Assembly: GCA_964594075.1 (NCBI GenBank)
Contig: CAZQKW010000011.1
Location: 1,480 to 65,479, forward strand
Direction of reading: 5' to 3'
Source of the DNA: an uncultured Thermodesulfobacteriota bacterium
GTDB lineage: Bacteria > Desulfobacterota > WTBG01 > CAIYCZ01
DNA length: 64,000 nt
In this document: piece by piece, positions 58,757 through 64,000 of the stretch
How the letters are laid out: each line of letters starts with the position of its first letter
Position numbering within the stretch: position 1 is the first letter of the stretch
Program-made: the position numbers and the translations under genes
Notes under the pieces: model-generated
The model's database searches: none
What the model saw: only the letters and a program-made list of their open reading frames with translations
Told to the model about the DNA's origin: nothing

Positions 58757-60163
58757 TTATTGAATAATACTGCCCAATGTATCCTGATGTTTCTTAAGCG
58801 CAGCCAAAATCTGGGGGGTTTCATTGAGTCCTTCCACAATCAGTTTACAGGACTGGGTTGCGCCGGTGAGAGCATCCACATCTTTCTTAAGGTGCAGCGG
58901 CAGTTTCTGGCCTGCTTTCAGCATAACGCGCTGCAAATAATCGTCCGCCGAGATCGGCACGCCGTATAAATCTATGGATTCTATCAACACGATATTTTTT
59001 ATTTTGCCGCTCTGGTCAAAAGAATACACAAAATGCACATTGGTGCACACGTCGCACAGGATATCTTTGAAAACCTCCCGCACAAAAATTTTTCCATTGT
59101 TTTCTGCAACGCCGATATACACCGTCTGCTCATTTTCGAGGATTATTTTCTGAAATTTCTTAACGCCCGGGGCAACTCTGCGTATATAGTCCATAAGCAA
59201 ATCTTCGGGAAGCTCTTCTCTGAAATAACTGCCGGCTTTTGCCAGCACGCCGTTTAGATTCTCCAGTGAAATTTCGTCCTGCATATAGCGTATTAAGCCC
59301 TTTTTATTGATGATAAAAACTTTATTGCTGATAACCGCACGATTGGGGGAAATTTCAACGCCATAGAGCTTTGCCACCTCTCCATTTTCATCAACGTAAA
59401 TGGGATAATTGACATAGTATCTTTCCCTAAATCTTTTTACCTCCTCCGCGGAATCGCCCACGGCAATGCGGATAATGTCCAGGTCTTCCCGCTTATACCG
59501 GCTGTAAACGGTTTTAAGAATTTCTATAGCCTTTTTTACTCCTTCATTGCGGATTGATAAAAACGTGAGGGTAATGGTTTTTTTGCCAATACTGTCATAA
59601 AGATGGAAGGTTTCCCCTTCGGTATTTTTGAGTGAAAAATCCGGCGGCCGGTTCCAGAGTGCGACCCCCACCGGCGTCTCCTTTTCAGCAATTGCTCGCT
59701 CTATGACCGGGGCAAGTTCGGATTCTGCCGGCAATTTGCCGCGGAACCGGATAGTACCGTTTCTGTCTATGATGTCTATAAGCGGCACTGTGCGCACAAA
59801 ATATTTTTCGTATATTTGTTTCTGAGGATCTGGAACAAGGTCGTAGTCCGGTTTAAATTTCTTTTTAAACTCAAGCACTTCTTCACGATCGTTGCCGATA
59901 GCAATCCCGATTACTCGCAGGTTCTTATACTTCTGCACAATGTCGTTGATTCTGGCGACTTCTTCGCGACAGGAGTGGCAATAGGTGTTGAAATGCACGA
60001 GCATCAAAACAGTGCCCGAGAATCGGGATAGAGAAATTATATTGCCGTCAATATCCTGCAGAGAAAATTCAGGGGCTTCCGCCCCGGTCATGTCGGCCGG
60101 TGCGGGGGAGGGATATAGGACTAAAATATATATTATAATTATAATAATGAACACTTTGTTCAT
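58757..60163 (-). CDS. periplasmic fusion protein: two TlpA/redoxin-like thioredoxin domains (first with CHSC active site) plus C-terminal FMN-binding (NosR/NqrC-type) domain
   Basis: Signal peptide. APEFSLQDIDGN...VHFNTYCHSCREE; second redoxin-like repeat PPDFSLKNTEGE... without CxxC; C-terminal DALTGATQSCKLI (SGAT-type FMN attachment motif). Confidence 0.55.
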   Translation of the reverse strand: MNKVFIIIIIIYILVLYPSPAPADMTGAEAPEFSLQDIDGNIISLSRFSGTVLMLVHFNTYCHSCREEVARINDIVQKYKNLRVIGIAIGNDREEVLEFKKKFKPDYDLVPDPQKQIYEKYFVRTVPLIDIIDRNGTIRFRGKLPAESELAPVIERAIAEKETPVGVALWNRPPDFSLKNTEGETFHLYDSIGKKTITLTFLSIRNEGVKKAIEILKTVYSRYKREDLDIIRIAVGDSAEEVKRFRERYYVNYPIYVDENGEVAKLYGVEISPNRAVISNKVFIINKKGLIRYMQDEISLENLNGVLAKAGSYFREELPEDLLMDYIRRVAPGVKKFQKIILENEQTVYIGVAENNGKIFVREVFKDILCDVCTNVHFVYSFDQSGKIKNIVLIESIDLYGVPISADDYLQRVMLKAGQKLPLHLKKDVDALTGATQSCKLIVEGLNETPQILAALKKHQDTLGSIIQ

Positions 60164-60310
60164 ACGTTAAGCGTATTTCTTATGGTGAAAAATGATTTCT
60201 GCTGTTACTGGAAGGGAAGAGTGTATGTGTTACCTATTGTATTCCTGCATATGTAACACTTTTTTTTGCGCGTATTTAAATGCTGCCTCGGCAGACAACG
60301 CTCACGCAGG

Positions 60311-60999
60311 CTACCGCAACGCTGTCTCTCTAACGGCGGCGTGATCCGCCATGCCGCCTAAAGCGGCGCGCAGAATCTGGCGCCCGATCTGGCTGCCAAC
60401 GGTTCGCGCAGCCTGTTTGGCCAGCGTTTCCACCATGCCTTGCCGGCGTTTGATGCCCCATAGTAAATCGCCAATCATGGCCCGGCTTTCAGACGGCGCT
60501 GCCGTCTCGTCTCGGTTTGCTTCCGACCCAGCCGCTTGCTTTTCCTCGGTCCGTTGTTTCAAAATTTCATAGGCCGATTTCAAGCGTCGCGGTTTGGGTG
60601 TCGTTATTCAGGCTTAAGTATCCGACTGAGCAAACTCGGTCCCATTTCGCTGCTCGAAGTGCGCACGGGGTGACCAGCGGTGCCAAACACGTCCCAGAAT
60701 AATATCGGGTTCGCTTCATGAGCGTATCCCTCAATGTCGATGCTGACAACGCGCTGCTGAATTTTCTCGTTAGGTGTTCCGGCTATCGCCAGACCCGAGA
60801 CGTCGCCCTTTACATCAGCCATGAAGACCGGCACGCCCAACCGCGATAAGCCCTCAGCCAATACAAGCAAAGAAATGGTCTTGCCAGTCCCGGTGACGCA
60901 AGCAATCAGCCCATGGCAGTTGCCATACTGGGCGAGTAAATAAACAGGCCGATCGCCTTTGCCAATAAGAATCTGGTTCATGGTTTTTTTTTGCGACAA
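60311..60999 (-). pseudogene. remnant of a DUF853 (YjgR-like) P-loop NTPase gene: N-terminal ~125 aa and C-terminal ~90 aa retained, central ~300 aa deleted
   Basis: ORF 60604-60999 (ILIGKGDRPVYLLAQYGNCHGLIACVTGTGKT...FWDVFGTAGHPVRTSSSEMGPSLLSRIL) matches the DUF853 N-terminus. ORF 60311-60583 (...TLAKQAARTVGSQIGRQILRAALGG) matches the DUF853 C-terminus. Only about 20 nt separate them. Confidence 0.55.
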
Positions 61000-61222
61000 C
61001 CATGACTCGCGCTGGCCAAGATCGCGGTGCAGATCTACATATTGCTGTTTATTATATTTCTATTCTTGTTCACTTAATATAAGCAACCTCATAGCAAGTC
61101 AAGGTTTTTGATTAACTAATTTTCTTGAAAAAACCTCGGTGGTTTTTTATATTATTGTCAATAAAATACTGCAGGTATGCCAGAAAGCCCCCATTTTTAC
61201 TGCCAAGGGTGAATTGTTTCAC

Positions 61223-62062
61223 ATGAAATCAGATGACCTTAAACAGATCGTAAAGGAAAAATACGGCGCGATTGCAAAGCAGGAAATTTCGCGGTTACCA
61301 TCATGTTCCTGTTGCTGTCCGGATGCGTCTGCACGCACAGATTATTCAACTTTTAGCGAAGACTATTCCAAACTGGAGGGCTATAACCCTGATGCAGATT
61401 TTGGTCTTGGCTGCGGCATGCCAACCGAAACAGCGCGAATTAAGCCCGGCGATACCGTCATTGATCTGGGCTCAGGCGCGGGAAATGATGTGTTTGTAGC
61501 CCGACGGCTGGTGGGAGAATCGGGAAAAGTCATTGGCATTGACATGACGCCGGCGATGATAGAAAAAGCTCTGGAAAATAACCGAAAACTGGGTTATGCC
61601 AATGTGGAATTCCGTTTGGGTGAAATTGAAAACCTGCCGGTTGATGACAATACGGCAGACGTGGTAATAAGCAACTGCGTGTTAAATCTGGTGCCCGACA
61701 AGCTGGAGGCCTATCGGGAAATCTATCGAGTACTGAAACCGGGCGGCCATTTCAGCATTTCCGATGTGGTGCTCACCGGCGATCTGCCGCCGACTCTGCA
61801 ATCTGCGGCAGAAATGTATGCCGGCTGTGTTGCCGGCGCGCTTAAAAAAGAAGTTTATATGCGGGTGATAAAAAAAGCCGGTTTTATAAACGTTGCCCTG
61901 GCAAAAGAAAAGCCTATGACCATTCCTAACGAGATGCTTTCCCAGTTTCTTTCGGAGCCCGAGCGGACAGAATTTAAAAAGGATGTCTCTCCCCTTCTCA
62001 GCATCACCGTGTATGGAGAAAAGCCCGAATTGATCGGCGGCGGCCGCTGCTGCTGCGATTGA
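61223..62062 (+). CDS. arsM: arsenite S-adenosylmethionine methyltransferase
   Basis: SAM MTase motif VIDLGSGAGNDVF. Conserved Cys cluster near the N-terminus (SCSCCCPD) and CVLNLVPDK. Cys-rich C-terminus GGGRCCCD. Confidence 0.8.
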   Translation: MKSDDLKQIVKEKYGAIAKQEISRLPSCSCCCPDASARTDYSTFSEDYSKLEGYNPDADFGLGCGMPTETARIKPGDTVIDLGSGAGNDVFVARRLVGESGKVIGIDMTPAMIEKALENNRKLGYANVEFRLGEIENLPVDDNTADVVISNCVLNLVPDKLEAYREIYRVLKPGGHFSISDVVLTGDLPPTLQSAAEMYAGCVAGALKKEVYMRVIKKAGFINVALAKEKPMTIPNEMLSQFLSEPERTEFKKDVSPLLSITVYGEKPELIGGGRCCCD

Positions 62063-62090
62063 AATTTGCGGACATTCTGTTTTTCTCAAT

Positions 62091-62375
62091 TTACTGCTTG
62101 AATCCCATTTCCACTTTCGGCTCTTCGGCCGTTGCAATCTCGCCAAATTTATGCTCATATTTGGCGATATTCTCATTCAGCGCTGCAACAATTCTTTTCA
62201 TGTGGCCAGGGCTGACGATTATCCGCGCCGTAACTGCGCCCGCTGGAGGCACCACCATTAAATAGTCCATCACAAACTCCTCCTTGGTGTGTGTCACAAT
62301 CATATTGTTGGCATACACGCCCCCGTGAAGCTTCTCCGGGAAGTTTACTTTGATTTCCTGTTTTTGCTCTGCCAT
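62091..62375 (-). CDS. DUF3467-family protein
   Basis: 94 aa: ...LHGGVYANNMIVTHTKEEFVMDYL...ARIIVSPGHMKRIVAALNENIAKYEHKFGEI, as I recall the DUF3467 consensus. Confidence 0.5.
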   Translation of the reverse strand: MAEQKQEIKVNFPEKLHGGVYANNMIVTHTKEEFVMDYLMVVPPAGAVTARIIVSPGHMKRIVAALNENIAKYEHKFGEIATAEEPKVEMGFKQ

Positions 62376-62401
62376 TATTTCACCTCGCGTTCTAATTTGA
62401 A

Positions 62402-64000
62402 TTAAGCATCATGACGAAGTTCTTCAAGCCCCAATGCTGCCAATTTTCTTGTTTGTATTCGGCTGTCAGCTTCCCATCCTCTAACCCGGTAATAATCTTT
62501 AATCATTTTGTCAACCGGCGGCAGATGATTTACTGCGGGTCCATAATTTCTTTTTAAGGTAGTAAAGCGTTCATGCAGATAGTCTGAAGAAGAATCACAT
62601 CCGCGTCTGAGATTAATGAGATGCTTGAGATTGAATATCCTCTCGCCCGACAGCATCAGAGAGGCAAAGTCCTGCTCCATGCCGGTAACAAGATTAAACC
62701 ATTCAACGACTTCTTTTGCGGTTATGCCCGAAAACCCTGTGGCAGCATAATTTTGCGCATAACCGGCATGTGAGAAAGCGCACAGCACCAGCGAATTGAG
62801 AATACAGCCATAATCCTGCCCGCGGGCAACCATTTCAGGAGCCATATCACCATTAAATCTGATAGTGGCCATTTCCATCAAATCAAAGCCCTCAACGCGC
62901 GGGTCTGCTGCACCGGTGTGGATTGCGCCGCGCGGGTCAGTGGCATATGCAAGGGCAAGGAAGTTGTGGGCGCGGGGATCGTGGGCCGGCACTTCAAGAC
63001 CTTTTACTTCAATGGCATATTTTTCTGCTCCCTTCCCTATCATCTGCGCAGCGCGCCGTGTGCCCTCGGCAAGTATCGCGCCGAAACCTTCTCGCACGCA
63101 GATTTTTTCCAACATTGAAAGCATCGCTGTGCCGTTGCCAAAGGTGAGTTGAATGCCATCGGTATCTTTTTCGTTAATCAATCCCTGCGCAAAGCATTCC
63201 ATGGCAAAGGAGATAACACCGCCCGCAGATATGCTGTCTATACCGTTGCGGTTGCATAAATCATATGCTTTCTGCACCAGCCCCAGGTCTGTTATGCCAC
63301 ACTGCGAACCAAGCGGAGCCATTGATTCCCATACATTTTGCCGTAGCCCAGCTTTAACATATGATTCAACGCATCCTGTCGGACAGCTCGCGCATTGATA
63401 CGGGTGCGCTTCCCGGACATGGTTTTCGATTTCCTTCAAAACAGAGTTTTTAAACCCTGCAAGGTATCCATCACGCCAGTTGTTGACGCCATGCCGTCCA
63501 TCATCAACAAACATACTAAAAACTGCTGCGGCCTTTTTAAAACAGTGTTCAGGCTCCTTTATCATCACCGGCACAGCTTTGCGTATGGCAGGCAGCAGTT
63601 TTTCCTTCTCTCTCACTGCAACGCTCTGGCTTCCGAGAACGGCTATTGCCTTCAGGTTCTTCGAACCCATCACCGCCCCGACGCCACAGCGAGCTGCAGT
63701 TCGGGCCGCAGAGCCGTCATGGACAATGGCTGCAAACTTTACCAGCCGTTCACCGGCACTGCCGATTGCCGCTACTTTGACCCTTTCGCCGCACAGGTTG
63801 CAAAGAAGCTGCTTGGTTTCAAATGTATCGCGCCCTGCAATGTCTTCCGCATCTTCTATTGCCACAGACTGATTTATTATTTTAAGATAAACGGGATGCT
63901 CTGCCCTGCCTGTTATAACGATGCCGTCAAAGCCAGCCCGTTTTAGCTCTGTGCCCCAGGTTCCTCCGGCATACGACTCCCCCCATACGCCGGTGAGTGG
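62402..64000 (-). CDS. aor: tungsten-containing aldehyde:ferredoxin oxidoreductase (AOR family), 5' end beyond the window
   Basis: Frame open to nt 64000 (...PLTGVWGESYAGGTWGTELKRAGFDGIVITGRAEHPVYLKI...). AOR domain 2/3 similarity throughout, including CNLCG and DSISAGG regions. Confidence 0.8.
   Translation of the reverse strand, partial: PLTGVWGESYAGGTWGTELKRAGFDGIVITGRAEHPVYLKIINQSVAIEDAEDIAGRDTFETKQLLCNLCGERVKVAAIGSAGERLVKFAAIVHDGSAARTAARCGVGAVMGSKNLKAIAVLGSQSVAVREKEKLLPAIRKAVPVMIKEPEHCFKKAAAVFSMFVDDGRHGVNNWRDGYLAGFKNSVLKEIENHVREAHPYQCASCPTGCVESYVKAGLRQNVWESMAPLGSQCGITDLGLVQKAYDLCNRNGIDSISAGGVISFAMECFAQGLINEKDTDGIQLTFGNGTAMLSMLEKICVREGFGAILAEGTRRAAQMIGKGAEKYAIEVKGLEVPAHDPRAHNFLALAYATDPRGAIHTGAADPRVEGFDLMEMATIRFNGDMAPEMVARGQDYGCILNSLVLCAFSHAGYAQNYAATGFSGITAKEVVEWFNLVTGMEQDFASLMLSGERIFNLKHLINLRRGCDSSSDYLHERFTTLKRNYGPAVNHLPPVDKMIKDYYRVRGWEADSRIQTRKLAALGLEELRHDA

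Overview
This is a 64-kb chromosomal window from a GC-rich anaerobe, on gene content a delta-proteobacterium/Desulfobacterota-like syntroph. The clues are an Etf plus membrane FeS oxidoreductase ('EMO') module, class III RNR, tungsten AOR, NapH-like polyferredoxin and multiheme cytochrome. Left to right the window contains:

- **3-1933:** a chelatase-like gene tail and two paralogous Tat-secreted Cys-motif proteins.
- **2114-3355:** a beta-propeller-like repeat protein.
- **3496-6705:** the anaerobic RNR operon nrdD-grx-nrdG.
- **7008-11220:** PilZ, heptose-1-P adenylyltransferase, ahcY, trmB and DUF1848.
- **11492-12542:** tRNA-Lys(CTT). Its 3' 39 nt are duplicated 0.94 kb downstream, bracketing a nucleotidyltransferase/HEPN toxin-antitoxin mini-island.
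- **13726-29769:** two tandem copies of a complete type IV pilus minor-pilin/tip-adhesin operon (fimT-pilW-pilV-pilX-pilY1). Each has a giant PilY1 (1617 and 1769 aa) carrying a different N-terminal adhesin module: Ig-like plus Thr-rich tandem repeats plus vWA(MIDAS) versus a PA14 insertion.
- **30482-36309:** TPP-dependent E1 alpha/beta, a phosphotriesterase-like lactonase whose start codon position reads ACG, and two tandem geranylgeranyl-reductase-family flavoproteins.
- **36424-40496:** a lipopolysaccharide-kinase-like protein, a NapH-like polyferredoxin with an unknown membrane partner, and PadR.
- **40846-45158:** etfB, ferredoxin-etfA and a membrane FeS oxidoreductase.
- **45664-62062:** an arsenic island. 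It holds arsR-acr3, two divergent LMW-PTP arsC, arsP and arsM. Between arsP and arsM sits a long uncharacterised redox operon. That operon comprises an octaheme cytochrome c interrupted by an in-frame TGA with a SECIS-like hairpin, an AlgE-like outer-membrane barrel, three Trx_3-type thioredoxins, a periplasmic Trx-fold protein, CcdA, and two paralogous radical SAM/SPASM-like enzymes with AbrB-like N-domains. Beyond that operon and before arsM lie a PaaI thioesterase, a TlpA-TlpA-FMN_bind fusion and a DUF853 NTPase remnant.
- **62091-64000:** DUF3467 and the 3' two-thirds of a tungsten aldehyde:ferredoxin oxidoreductase running off the window.

I found no CRISPR array, rRNA, transposase or integrase.
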